From: Octopus vulgaris
Taxonomy: Eukaryota
Length of the DNA: 64,000 bases
Assembly: GCA_951406725.2 (NCBI GenBank)
Contig: OX597823.1
Coordinates: 89,218,001-89,282,000, forward strand
Reading direction: 5' to 3'
Shown here: positions 41,474-54,428 of the stretch, in pieces
Numbering within the stretch: position 1 is the stretch's first letter
Layout: each line of letters starts with the position of its first letter
The notes under the pieces: generated by a model
Seen by the model: the letters and a program-made list of their open reading frames with translations, nothing else
The model's database searches: none
What the model was told of the DNA's origin: nothing
Position numbers and translations under genes: made by a program

Positions 41474-41571
41474 CCATTCATAATAACGTACTATGCAATT
41501 TTGAGTGAATGTGTTTTTCTCTGTGTGTATAATTGAGAATAAAAGTTGGCGTTTATCTGGTTTCACATATC
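41470..41571. repeat. Second copy of the 102-bp segment, embedded in (GATA)n on both sides
   Basis: See 30665-30766. Confidence 0.93.
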
Positions 41572-41574
41572 TAT

Positions 41575-41653
<79 letters not shown>

Positions 41654-42577
41654 TATAGATAGATAGATAGATAGATTTTTGTATGTGTGTATTGTGCATA
41701 TGCTTGTGTATACAAGTGACTGGCGAAATAGAAAGTGATGAATGTCTGTACGAATGTATATACAATGTGAACAAAGTGACAGATGTAAGTACGAATAAGA
41801 ATATACACATACCGTTTACTGCATGTGGTGTAATATCTATAGCTAATATCTATATGCATTTATCTATGTGCATCTCTAGTGCATAGACGTATATGCAAGA
41901 GTGGGTGCATATACATATATGTGTGTGTGCATTTGTTTATGTGTATACATTCTGTATATATTTTATATTCTATGCGCACACGTAATATATATACGTGTAT
42001 ACATATATATGTATGTACGCGTATTTATATATGTGTGTATGTATGTATGTATGTATGTATGTAAGTATATATGTATGTACGTATGTATGTATGTATGTAT
42101 GTATGTATGTGAATACACGCATATTTATATAGTTATTTCCATAAATAAAAACAGCTACCTGACGTGAAATATTTTAAAATATCTCAGAATATTATAATTC
42201 TAGCAGTTTTTCAAGTATTTTTTGTTTTGTTTTTCTTTTCTTTTTTTTTTACAGTTTGAGAATACTTATCAATAATATCCAAAGAGGAAACAAATAAAGA
42301 ATATTCCAACAACAAAAATTACACGAAAAGCTACAAAGTGAGTAATATTATGGTTTGGAGATAAGTTAAGAAAGTTATACCGACGCTTCGGGTGGTTTTA
42401 ATTTGACAATGTAGAAGGATAAAAAGTAAAGCAATCTCTGACCGAAGGATCGGAGACACAACATGCTAAAGTATCGGACAGGAGGTGACAGGGGGAAGAA
42501 ACTGTGCTTTTTTTTTCAGTAGTAAAGAGTACACATTCTGTAAGATACAAGACAATGTGAAGTATATTTATAAACGT

Positions 42578-42905
42578 AAGCACTGGTGTGTCTGTGTGGT
42601 AAGAAGCTTGCTCCCAACCACACAGTTCTGGGTTCAGTCCCACCTTGGGCATGTGTCTTTTACTATAGCCGCGAGGCGACTGAAGCCCTGAGAGTGGATT
42701 TGGTACATGGAAACTGAAAGACATCCATCGTATATATATGTGTGTGTGTGTGTGTGTGAACATCGCTTGACAACTAGTGTTGGGGTGTTTACATCCACGT
42801 AATGTAGCAGTTCGGCAAAAGGGTACGATAGAATAGGTATTGAGCTTTAAAAAATTATGCCCAGGTGTCGAGCTACTCGACTATAACTCTTCAAGTAAAA
42901 AGATT
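42578..42905 (+). mobile_element. SINE family 2, near full-length
   Basis: tRNA-like head gtctgtgtggtaagaagcttgc..gggttcagtccc, CORE-like ccttgggcatgtgtctt, internal TA/TG repeat, family tail. Confidence 0.8.
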
Positions 42906-43215
42906 AAAAAACCTTAGTGTGTTTGTAGGGATTCAAGTAATAGAATGGTTGGGAAGGTGAGATAAAAGTGCACTGATATTGTTATGGCATAATCTGAAGA
43001 TTGCTTAACCCCAGCGTCGTAATTTGTGGCTGAAGGGCGGATGCATGGTATGGAAGTTATGAATTGCTGGTGTGGGCGACTGCTTGCGTTCGATTTCGAG
43101 GAATACATCGACGTCACTAAGAATAAAGTAGGTTAGGTCTCGTTAATAAGTTTGCTCTGCAATAATTTAGTTTCGAGCACAACCCCACCGCGTGAAACAT
43201 TCCGCAAGTGTCTTC

Positions 43216-43268
<53 letters not shown>

Positions 43269-43328
43269 GATATGTACATATATGTATATATGCATATATT
43301 TATATATTATTTATATTATATATATATA

Positions 43329-43618
43329 TCACCGTGATCACCGTGACCGACCAGGCTATCAGATGTTCCTTGCTACACATCGCTGGTCACAATGCGCTTC
43401 GCATTGTATTAGCCTTCAAATGACGCCATCCCACTGCGAGCAGGCCAACAGAAGAAAGAGTGAGAGAAAGTTGTGGCGAAAGAGTACAGCAGGGACCGCC
43501 ACCATCCCCTGCCGGAGCCTCTTGTAGCTTTTAAGTGTTTTCGCTCAATTAACACTCACAACGCCCGACCTGGGAATCGAAACTGCGATCCTAACCACTG
43601 GGCCATTGCGCCTCCACA
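43329..43618 (-). mobile_element. tRNA-derived SINE family 3, tail variant Y, with deleted anticodon arm
   Basis: Minus strand gtggaggcgcaatggcccagtggttaggatcgcagtttcgattcccagg (A box, B box). Body shared with 54429-54610; distinct tail ending (cacggtgat)2. Confidence 0.88.
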
Positions 43619-43717
43619 TTATATATATATATATATTTCCTGAGCGCCATACTAATACAATTGTTCGTTTGTTTTCCACCTGCCTTCGTCTTTTGTTTAT
43701 TTTCATAAAGCTTCCCG

Positions 43718-43758
<41 letters not shown>

Positions 43759-44331
43759 TCACGTCCTATATACTAAGCGAAAAATCATGTCATTGATGTC
43801 TCTGCCCACAGTGTTATTTGGGTTTTGGTGTGACCTGCTCAGCTGGTGATCCCTTGACCCTGCCTGTGTAAATTTTTATTGCAAAATTTAATTTGTGCCA
43901 AACTTCTGGCATGAAAAAGGAGGGAGAACCATCGATATGTTTGAATTAGCAGCAACAACAGCAACAAAAATAACATCAACAGCAGCCACAAGAATAAAGC
44001 AGCTCGAACACGACCAGCAGCAATAGAAACAAGAAACATACAGCAACCATGTTAAACTGAAAACAACGATTCTTGAAAATAGAATAATTACGCAGGAAAC
44101 AACACTTAACATAACCCAGCTGGCATCAATAGCCAGCTTGATATCCCTTAACCCACTTCCACCAGAGATGCGTTGTTAAACGCCTACATATGCATGTCAT
44201 CTTTCTTTTCTATCCGTTAATTTCCATACACTTTACCACTCATGCATTGCAAAGCAGTATCCACTTACAATATGGTCTTGCTCGTTCCACCCACTTAATA
44301 TTATGTATTACAGTATTACTACAGACTGTGA

Positions 44332-44735
44332 AGGCGGCGAACTGTCAGAAATGTTAGCACCTCGGGGGAAATGCTTAGCTTCATTTCGTCCTTCTTCACG
44401 CTCTGAGTTGAAATGTCGCAGAGGTCGACTTTGCCTTTCATCATTTCTGAGTCGATAGCTTAAGTAATTGTTGAGCACTGTGGTTGATGTAATTGACTTA
44501 TCCATTCCCCTGAACTTGCTGGTTTTGTGCCAAAATTTTAAACCAATATTATTCTGTATTAACGTGGCGAGCTGGCAGAATAGTTAGCGCATGGGACAAA
44601 ATGTTTAGCGGTATTCTGTGGGTCTGAGTGCAAATTCCACGAGGGTCGACAAAATAAGTTCTAGTATAGTACTGGGGTCCATGTAATTGACTTCACCTCT
44701 TCCCCAAAACTTGTGCCAACATTCTAAACTAATAT
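44332..44735 (+). mobile_element. Two tandem SINE family 1 copies
   Basis: Matches to family 1. Confidence 0.85.
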
Positions 44736-46698
44736 TATCCTATACCACAAGGAATACAGTCCATAAGAGTCTCTGCAGAAATCATGCTCACTTAGATAAT
44801 ATTCATCGTGCAGGTTGATCAGTAAACCAAGACACCAGCACAGCTATGTCTTGTTAAACCCTCATTTATTAAAGCGACGACAGTCCACAATACCACAAGG
44901 TAATTAGGTAGTATTTATCAAAATTAATCCATAAAAAAGAAACCACAGAAATTGAATTGTGAACTTAATCACTTACACTTCAAACAAATTAGAAATGTTA
45001 AACCATTTGTCTACTAAGAAATTAAATGAACTAGATATAAAACTGATGAAAGAGATCTAAGGATGATAATTTGAAAAAGCGTACACTGCGATAACTTTCA
45101 AAACTAGTTCTATTTAATTACATACCATAAAAAAAGCTAAACGATAAGTGTCTGATTTCTAGCAATACAAAATTCTTTAACACCAAGAGCAACAACAATT
45201 TAATTAACACACTAAACAATACTAATCATCGTAAAGACACCACAACCTCAAAGTGACAGCTTAATAAATTCATTCATTGAACAATTAAAGTACTAATATA
45301 ACAATTTGGATGAATGAATTTACCTGAATGCACGAAATTTGCTAATTAACTTCAGAAATACAAGTTGCCCGGAAATGGTCTGTATACCGTGTAAAAAAAG
45401 GAAAGAAAATAATTAAAAAACCGTCGTAGTCAAAGAAAGAATACAAAAACTTAACTTTAATTGTTAACGGTTCTCAGAGAAAGGGGAGATAATTTCAAAT
45501 ATTTTTTTACTATTTCAAATTTAACTTACATAATTTGAGGGAAAGAAGTCTTATCTTTGTTTGCAGAGGCAAGGTACCAAAACTAAGGGCATGTCATCAG
45601 CATAGCAAAAATCTGTCCGAGTTTGTGGTATATGCTCACACAGATTTTTAAAAACAGAATGATTTTTTACGACATAATTTATCCAATGAAACAATTTAAT
45701 AAGCTAAATGAATTAGCGTAGACGAGCCAATAGGGTGACTATGTGGTAGGATTAAGGGAGAATATCATGAAATGATTCTTTAAATTATTAGTTAATTGAA
45801 TTTGCCTTTTTAATTGAAACAAAAGGCTAAGATCATTTTAAGAAATTAAGAATTATTCATTTAAAGTTAATTTTCCTGCTTCGCAGAAGGGAAGCATTAA
45901 TTTTATTTCCGGACAATAATTTGAATATCGGCGTTGATATTATTGAAGGCAATATCAAATTATTAACAGTTTTGACAAAATTTGGAACAACAATTCCTTT
46001 GCTTGCATCATCAATCAAAACGACGTTCTAGACATGGGTGGAGACCAGTCAGCTACAGAAGTGACACCTTGAGGCATTTGTTCAAAACCGACTTAGCAAC
46101 AAGACATATTTCTGATTCACCAAAACCAAAAGGTACGTTAAAAGGAACATATATAGGAAGTAATATACTATGAGCGACACAAAGTAAATTTGATTGATAG
46201 TTTTAGGACATACCTAGGTGCGTGCTTGGTCTTCAAACCTCCAGAAGTAGCAAGAAAACTAGACGAAAGATGCTCTGACGAACACATCATAGGATAGTGC
46301 CGCAGTATATGACCTGACATAGTAGCAAGTAACAAGAGCAGTGACGTTGACCGTAAGCAAATTTACTGTATTGTGTTAAATTTTTTTCCTAATATTATTG
46401 TTTTAAATATATTCTTTTTATTTTAATAATATGTTTCAGTCATGTGAAGATACCGTCTTCAAAGCTTCAGTTCATCATATCGACATCAATGCATACTTCA
46501 GACGATTTTATCGATATCAGTTCGACTAGACATAAGAAAAATACCATAAGCAACAGAAACACAGGCATAAACATACACACGTTTATGTGTGTATGTCTAT
46601 GTGTTTATATAAATATATATATAAATATATACGAGTGTATATATATATATATATATAAGAAAAAAGGTTTGAAAATGCAATTTAAACGATGTTTATTT

Positions 46699-46739
46699 AC
46701 TTAACCGGTTTCACTCTTTGGTAAAAGATTGTCAAAAGT
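46699..46739 (-). ncRNA. Minimal hammerhead-like motif with U3-A8 core (mirror of 48220-48260)
   Basis: Reverse complement of the motif at 48220-48260. Confidence 0.55.
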
Positions 46740-46759
46740 TACATTTAAGGAAACATTGA

Positions 46760-46982
46760 ATAATATGGGTTCAAAAAAGTTTTTTACATAATTGTCACAT
46801 TGAATATTATGCATTCAAAAAAGTTTTTTACATAATTGTCACATTGGATATTATGGGTTCAAAAAAAGTTTTTTACATAATTGTCACATTGAATATTATG
46901 CATTCAAAAAAGTTTTTTACATAATTGTCACATTGGATATTATGAATTCAAAAATGTTTTTTTATACATAATTGTCACATTA
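46760..46982. repeat. ~44-bp minisatellite x5 with alternating A/B variants (mirrored at ~47977-48199)
   Basis: attgtcacattg[a/g]atattatg[cat/ggt]tcaaaaaagttttttacata. Confidence 0.92.
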
Positions 46983-48219
46983 TTTGGGAAAATTTGGCAG
47001 AAAAGGATAAAACAAATATATTATTGGGAATTGGTTGCGTTAATTATTGGTTGTCGCAAATTGTCACATTACATGTATATATATACAATCTTTGGTATAT
47101 ATATACAGCGTTTTGACAGCAAAAATTAAAATGGATTTTTTGTCCATCTCAGAATATTTTAAGTATGTTTTTACTGACCTGTTAGTATTAGCAGAAAGGC
47201 TGAACTGAGAGAACAGAAGTAGCCAATGTGGTGTATACTTCCCCTTTATGCATGAATGATTTTGGGGTTATCAGGAGGTTATATTGTGTATGTATATTAC
47301 TTACATGCTGTATGTGTGTATTGTATGTGTGTTTATATATATGCTAGGTGTATTTGTGTGATATTTATATTATGTATGTATGTGTGCGTGTGTTGTGTGT
47401 GTGTGTGTGTATGTGTGTTATATATCTGTGTATATTATATATAGATACATGTTATATTTGTGTGCTGTGTATATATGTGATATATGTGGGTGCGTTGTGT
47501 GTGGGTGTGTGTGTTCTGTGTGTGTGTGTGTTGTCTGTATGTGGTTTGTGTTTGTATACTATGTGTGTGTGTGTGTGTGTTGTTGTGTGTGTGTGTGTTT
47601 GTGTGTATATATATGTGTGTGACAAACAGACGCTGTCTGACCAGCAGGCACGGACACATCTATTCACACCCGCATACTAACCTCCTGATAACCCCAAAAT
47701 CATTCATGCATAAAGGGGAAGTATACACCACATTGGCTACTTCTGTTCTCTCAGTTCAGCCTTTCTGCTAATACTAACAGGTCAGTAAAAACATACTTAA
47801 AATATTCTGAGATGGACAAAAAATCCATTTTAATTTTTGCTGTCAAAACGCTGTATATATATACCAAAGATTGTATATATATACATGTAATGTGACAATT
47901 TGCGACAACCAATAATTAACGCAACCAATTCCCAATAATATATTTGTTTTATCCTTTTCTGCCAAATTTTCCCAAATAATGTGACAATTATGTATAAAAA
48001 AACATTTTTGAATTCATAATATCCAATGTGACAATTATGTAAAAAACTTTTTTGAATGCATAATATTCAATGTGACAATTATGTAAAAAACTTTTTTTGA
48101 ACCCATAATATCCAATGTGACAATTATGTAAAAAACTTTTTTGAATGCATAATATTCAATGTGACAATTATGTAAAAAACTTTTTTGAACCCATATTATT
48201 CAATGTTTCCTTAAATGTA

Positions 48220-48260
48220 ACTTTTGACAATCTTTTACCAAAGAGTGAAACCGGTTAAGT
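48220..48260 (+). ncRNA. Minimal hammerhead-like motif with compensatory U3-A8 core (UUGACAA)
   Basis: actt-TTGACAA-t-ctttt[acca]aagag-t-GAAA-ccgg-TT-aagt. Stem I actt/aagt; stem II 5 bp closed by U-U; palindromic ACCGGU stem III. Confidence 0.55.
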
Positions 48261-48337
48261 AAATAAACATCGTTTAAATTGCATTTTCAAACCTTTTTTC
48301 TTATATAATCCCACTCGTGCGATACCCCACAACTCAA

Positions 48338-48376
<39 letters not shown>

Positions 48377-48552
48377 GCATACATACATAAAGTGTCTGTA
48401 TATGCGTGTGAGAGAAAGATGCATGTGTATATATATATATAGATAGATATAGATATAGATATATAATAAATATATGTACTTGTATAAAAATACATGTGTA
48501 TAAGCATCTATGAACGTATGTATGAATGTACGCACGTATGTATATAATTATG

Positions 48553-48584
<32 letters not shown>

Positions 48585-49024
48585 TGTATGTATTTTATGT
48601 ATGTATGAATAATTATTTGTGAACATGTATGTGTGTATTAAATATATCCTCTTCTAAAAAGTATTTTTATGTGAAGTTATATAAAAACAATTTAATGTTA
48701 AGCTGCTTTCATATATAACTTCATATAAAAACAGTAAAATATACGTGTGAGATTAAAATATGTGTGTACATACTTGTGTGTGTGTGTGTGTGTTGTGTCT
48801 CTGTGTCTGTGAATCTGAAGCTATAGTAAATGCATTTGCAGAAGGAAGGAATCATGTAGAGAGACCGATCCCCGGATTAAATTGTTACAAAACAGTCACT
48901 TTGTTCTTAATTGCATAATTGTGCCGGGACTAAAAGGACCAAGCGATATTCCATGTCCACACAGAACACAAATTATTAAGCCTATTGAATACAACATATA
49001 TGGCATTTTCGTAATCGCACATTA

Positions 49025-49415
49025 TTCTTTTCTACTCTAGGCACAAGCCCGAAATTTGGGGGGAGGGGGCCAATCAATGAGATCGATCCAGTACACAACT
49101 GGTACTTAATTTATCGACCCGGAAAGAATGAAAGGAGAAGTAGACCTCGGCGGAATTTGAACTCAGAACGTATAGACAGACGAAATACGGCTAAGAATTT
49201 CACCCGGCGTGCTAACGTTTCTTATTTCTTTATTGCCCACAAGGGGCTTAATATAGAGGGGACAAACAAGGACAGACAATGGCATTAAGTCGATTTAATC
49301 GACCCCAGTATGTAAATGATACTTAATTTATCGACCCCGAGAGGATGAAAGGCAAAGTCGACCTCGGCGGAATTTGAACTCAGAACGTAGCGGCCGAGGA
49401 AATACCACTAGGTAT
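49025..49415 (-). mobile_element. Two tandem SINE family 1 copies, the second with an alternative 3' tail
   Basis: Young-looking matches to family 1. 49222-49290 (tttattgcccacaaggggc..ggggacaaacaaggacagac) replaces the usual tail. Confidence 0.85.
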
Positions 49416-49611
49416 TATGTAAACTCAGGTACACATTTTAGTAACTATTACATACACATACAGACCGTAATGAAAGAACAAAAAGTAATTCAATATACAG
49501 TGTTGCTGATACACAAAATTGTAGATGCATATATTTGTAGACAAAGGCACTCATATGCACACATGCATATACATAAACGCACACACACTCACACATACAT
49601 ACATACATACA

Positions 49612-49645
<34 letters not shown>

Positions 49646-49891
49646 CATACATACACATAAATGCATAGTTGATTAATTGATTCCAACGGCAGCAATACTA
49701 GTCATGCTGGAGCCTGTTACATGTATCTGTGCAAGTAATCTGTGCGTACATGCTTGTAGGTATGATTGTATCTCTGAATATATGCATATACACATATGTG
49801 TAGGTATGCATATGAATATACATACGTGTATGCTTGTGTGTGTGTTTGTGTGTGTGTGCATGTTGTGCGTATTGGCGTGTATGTATAAATG

Positions 49892-49948
<57 letters not shown>

Positions 49949-50594
49949 GTGAGTATGTACGTTTGCATGCCTGTATACTAATTTATATATATTTGCATGT
50001 AAGTATAGTGAGATATACATACAAACTTGCGCACATATACATTTGTCTAATCGCTTGTATTTTTACATTTAAATTAAACGAATAATTAGTTAAATTAAAT
50101 TAATCGTGTTAATTAGACAAGAAAGTAAAGAGATCTATTTCCCTCTCTGTCTTTTTTACTCTAACTTTTTAATACTTTTCTTTCTCTCTGTTTCTCTGTC
50201 TGTCTGTCTCTCTCTCTCTCTCTTTTTCTCTCACTTTACCACTCGCTCTCGCTTTCCCACTTTCACTCTTTCTATCAATCTCTCAATCTTTTCCTCTCTC
50301 TCTCTCTCTCTCCCTTCCTCTTTTGACACTCACATACACACACGCACACGTACATACACACACACACACTCATCGCATACACATAATGGCACTCATATAT
50401 CCTCATACACATACAGGCAGTCATATATTAGCACATAGTGACACACTCACACGCGCGCGCACTTATACCCAAAAAGACACATCACAAACGAAGTTTTCCA
50501 ATCGCTAATTCCCCTCACTAAGTACCCTATTTACTTCTTGAATTAAACTAAGGTTATCGAAGATGGTAGCAAAATTGCAATTTGCTGGAAATGT

Positions 50595-50731
50595 TTATTT
50601 TATTTCATTTTGTTTTATTTTGTTTTATTTCATTTTGGTTTATTTTGTTTTATTTCATTTTGTTTTATTTTTTTATTATTTCATTTTGTTTTATTTCATT
50701 TTGTTGTATTTTGTTTTATTTAATTTTATTT
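50595..50731. repeat. Pentamer higher-order repeat (TTTTG-TTTTA-TTTCA)n
   Basis: Direct reading. Confidence 0.85.
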
Positions 50732-51160
50732 GTTGCATGTATATGTCATTCACTAATTACATGAATTATCTAAATTCATGCAATCGGTGCAATTAAATTA
50801 TCTCCCTTGGCTAGCTTCTTTGGAGTTGACGGAACTAAATTTGCCCATGTTTCGAGAACGGCTTGAAACGCCGAAACGCCGTCTTACGAATCTCTCAAAA
50901 ATCATTTGTGTTTGATAATTACCTAATTACAAACCAAGAACATTTACTCTGGACGTGTCTTCACTTCACAGACATGTTTTATTTCCAAAATATCCGTTTA
51001 TTGTTTGTAGTCTGTGGGCGAAATGGTGTGGAAGGGAGGAGCGAAAGATGTCTAATCTTCATTACATTAGAAATTTGGCAAAGCTTAAATTCGTCGCTAA
51101 TTTCTTGATTATTTAAAAATAAATCGCTGCCGTTACTATTCTTGTTGTTGTTGTTTCTGA

Positions 51161-51238
51161 TACTGCTATGGCTACTGCTGCTACGGCTACTGCTGCTACG
51201 GCTACTGCTGCTACAGCTACTGCTGCTACGGCTACTGC
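51161..51238. repeat. 15-bp minisatellite (gctactgctgctacg) x~5
   Basis: Direct reading. Confidence 0.9.
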
Positions 51239-51721
51239 ACCTGCTCTTTGTTTTTTACTCACAATCATTCACTCTTATGATGTATGAAGTTCTATTCCTA
51301 AACTAACCCGCTTTCTTTTTCCTTAAACATTGTGCATCTTCGACTTCATTATCTAAACTGTTCCCATTTTCGAGACAATATTGAGAATAATAAGAGCGAA
51401 AGATTTGGCTGCTCCTTCTACAAGATCGAGTAATCCCGTTCAGACTTCATTAATGACTTTTTTTAAAAAGCACCTGAAGGTGCTGTGTTGCCTTTTTTTT
51501 TTTTACTTTTGTTGCTACTGTTGTTACTAACTTTGGTATTCTGCGATCAGATCATTCAGTCCGCGTCGTTCTCGAATTACTTCATTTCGTATATGCTTTT
51601 GCAGTGATATCCCTAGTATAGATCTTTCCATGGCCTTTTGAGGTGTAGCCAATTAATATTCATCCCGTGATTTTCTCTTTCCTGCCTTTGTTCAACTTTC
51701 AAGTGTATTTTATGCTACTTT

Positions 51722-51926
51722 TGGTTTCAAAGGCACAAGGCCAATACGTTTGAGATAGGGAATAAGTCGATTAAATCTAGCCCAGTCTTCAACTGACACT
51801 TATTTTGTCAACCCTTAGAAAATGAAAGTAAAGTCGGCCTCGGCGGAATTTGAACTCAAAACGTTAAGGAAGACGAAATGCCGCTAAACATTTTGCCCGG
51901 CGTGCTAACGATTCTGCCAGCTCGCT
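51722..51926 (-). mobile_element. SINE family 1 copy
   Basis: Reverse-complement match to family 1. Confidence 0.85.
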
Positions 51927-52071
51927 CTCTTTTATCTTATGCAATATTAAGCCTCTTTCTTCTCTTTCTTTTTTAACCCTCAATGTCTAATAAAATTCAA
52001 TGAGAAATTTGTTTCCACTGCCAAATGAAATTCAAGGTACAGTTTAAGTTTAACTTTTTTTTAATTTTACA

Positions 52072-53012
52072 CTAGCAACACACACCGGCATTGCCCGGGT
52101 GTTATGACCTACAGTCACATTGTATTATTTGTTCCTTTGTTTTGGGCTGAATTGGCACGCGAGGAGTATGAAACAAACAACTCTCCTTTATAAACACGTT
52201 TTTCGGTAATTTTCTGTTGAACTACACTGCAGTTTCCGTCTATCAAATTCAGTCACACGTCTATGGTTGGGGTACGGCTATAGCAGAAAACATTTTTCCA
52301 ATCTACCATGGAGAGGGACTGAACGTGGAATCATGTGGTTGAGAAGCAAATTTCTCAACCACACAGTCATTCTTGCACCTAATATATGTACGTGTGTGTT
52401 TCCATTTGTTGTTAAATCGTGTATTGTGTACCACTATGTCTCAAACTTAGCAGTTCATCAAGCAGAGACCTATAAAATAAATGCCAGATTGAAGTACGTA
52501 ATGAGGTCTGTATGATAAATTAAATTTTTGAAGTTGATACTCCATTATGACGACAATCGAAAGACTAACCCCAATAAAATAACTTTTAAAGATTTAATAA
52601 CTTCAAATTGAAGGCAATAGATTACTAACCACAAGATAATGAGTTCAAAACTTCGTATTGAACTTCCACTCTGTACGATAACACTTTATGTACATCTCAG
52701 TCTACTTGACTTCCAAAAATTAACAATTGTAATTTAAATGATTAGTAGAAAGAACGATGTCCAGATTTCTTTAAAAATTATTGTGCGACCTGACCTCATT
52801 TTCGAGGTTATTTTTGTAGTGGAAAAGAGTTGTTGTGCAAAAAACATACTTTACTTACTAACCGACAGCTTCCTAAATATTTTGATATTTCATAGTCAGA
52901 ATCGGCAAGTTTTCGAATTCATAAGAAACATACGCACGCACACGCATGCGCGCGCGCACACACGAGGATGCGCGCACGCACACACACACAAACTCTGTTA
53001 TATATATTAAGA
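52072..53012 (-). mobile_element. Non-autonomous Helitron-like termini (3' hairpin + CTAG at 52072-52102; 5' A|TCTTAATATATATAA at 53012)
   Basis: Minus strand cacccgggcaatgccggtg..tgCTAG|t and a|TCttaatatatataacagagtttgtgtg. Could be one element with nested family-2 SINE pieces (52200-52580) or two separate relics. Confidence 0.5.
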
Positions 53013-54243
53013 TTGACATTTGAACAGTAAATCGGCAGTGTTGTTAAGCACTAAACGGAATGCTTTACAGTATTTGTTGTGAGTTCAAATCCTCCAAAGC
53101 ACAGACACTGGCAACAAGCTATAACGGCTCTTCGTTCTTTCATAGTAACTGATCTTTGAAGTGTGCATTTGCCCCGTTGCCTTCCAAGCTACTCACATTC
53201 TGAGATCACATCCCTCCTGGGTCACTCAAACATTGTGCTCGATGATATCGACTAACCTCCTTCCATTAGAAGCATGTCTGGGTAGTGGATTGGCAGATTC
53301 GTTAGAATATCTGACAAAATATCATGTATTTCTTCCGGTATTTCTCTCATTCTGAGCTGAAAACACGCCAAAGTCAAGTCCTCCACTCCCACCCGGGGTC
53401 GGTAAATAACGTTCTAGTCAAGTACTTTAATCAGAATTACTGTCTTTGCACCTAAATCATAAACCATTAATACTCAACGCTATCACATAGTTACGATCCA
53501 TTACGATTTGAGTCCATTTTTCCATTTATCCTCCCCGTGTTTCATTAGACTTGAATAAAAGTTGATTTAATCAAGCATTTCTCTGGCACAAAAACGGTAG
53601 CCTTCTGTCTAAATTAGAAATCAATATTTATCATTCAACATATTTTATATTGTCTAGGATATTTTAATGTATAAAAATACATGTTTAGAATATGGTATTT
53701 TGTCGAAGAGGACGAATCAGTGGCATTTTGACTTTCTTCTTGTCTTCCAAGATTTTAACAATTTGCAACATATTGTGTGCATGCATTGTTTGTTAATGAT
53801 CGCTAAATTAGAAAACTAATTTAAAGATTAGATAAAAAGCCAATTTAAAGATTAGGTATTAAATTTACGTGTGTAGAAACATGAACTTTAATACTGTAGT
53901 TGAATTGTAGTAAAACTGTAATGAGATAATTATTTAAATCCAAAATTACAATTAGATATTGTCCATAAAAACAATGGTGTCGAACAGCTGAATGATTTGC
54001 TTCCGTCTACTCTATCACAAAAAACTCATAAATGGCTCTTTATATAGGTGTTGTTGTTTTTGTCATTGTGGCTGCTCTTGTTATAGTTATTGATTAACCT
54101 CAGATCGGGACTTATGAAGTAGATTATAATCAAAAAGCGTCCCTGCCATTGCTGTAGTACTATTCTAATTAAGAGGGCGTCTCGTGATGATGGGACTGGA
54201 TGGCATGGATGTATATCATGCACTTTCCTATAGAACAGAAGAT

Positions 54244-54285
<42 letters not shown>

Positions 54286-54428
54286 CCTCTGTATATGTAT
54301 ATCGCTCACACTGTGTGTGTGCACGTGTGTGTGAAAGTGTGTGTATGGGTGTTTGTTTGACAGTGTGAGTGCATGTGTGCATGCATGTGTATAAAGCATT
54401 TCCTTGGGGTGATATATACTAGCTGAGC

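Larger units (their letters stand above)
46652..48307. repeat. 630-bp apparently perfect inverted repeat (46652-47281 / 47678-48307) with a 396-bp TG-rich spacer
   Basis: Both outer and inner end coordinates sum to 94959. No mismatch seen in the segments compared by eye. Confidence 0.95.

Noticed and set aside
42378-42414. Hammerhead-like trace on the minus strand
   Set aside because: GAAA is mutated to GAAG and stem II does not pair; mentioned only as weak support, not called as a feature.
46760-46982. 44-bp repeat array as a CRISPR
   Set aside because: Units are contiguous with no unique spacers, the context is eukaryotic, and there are no cas genes.
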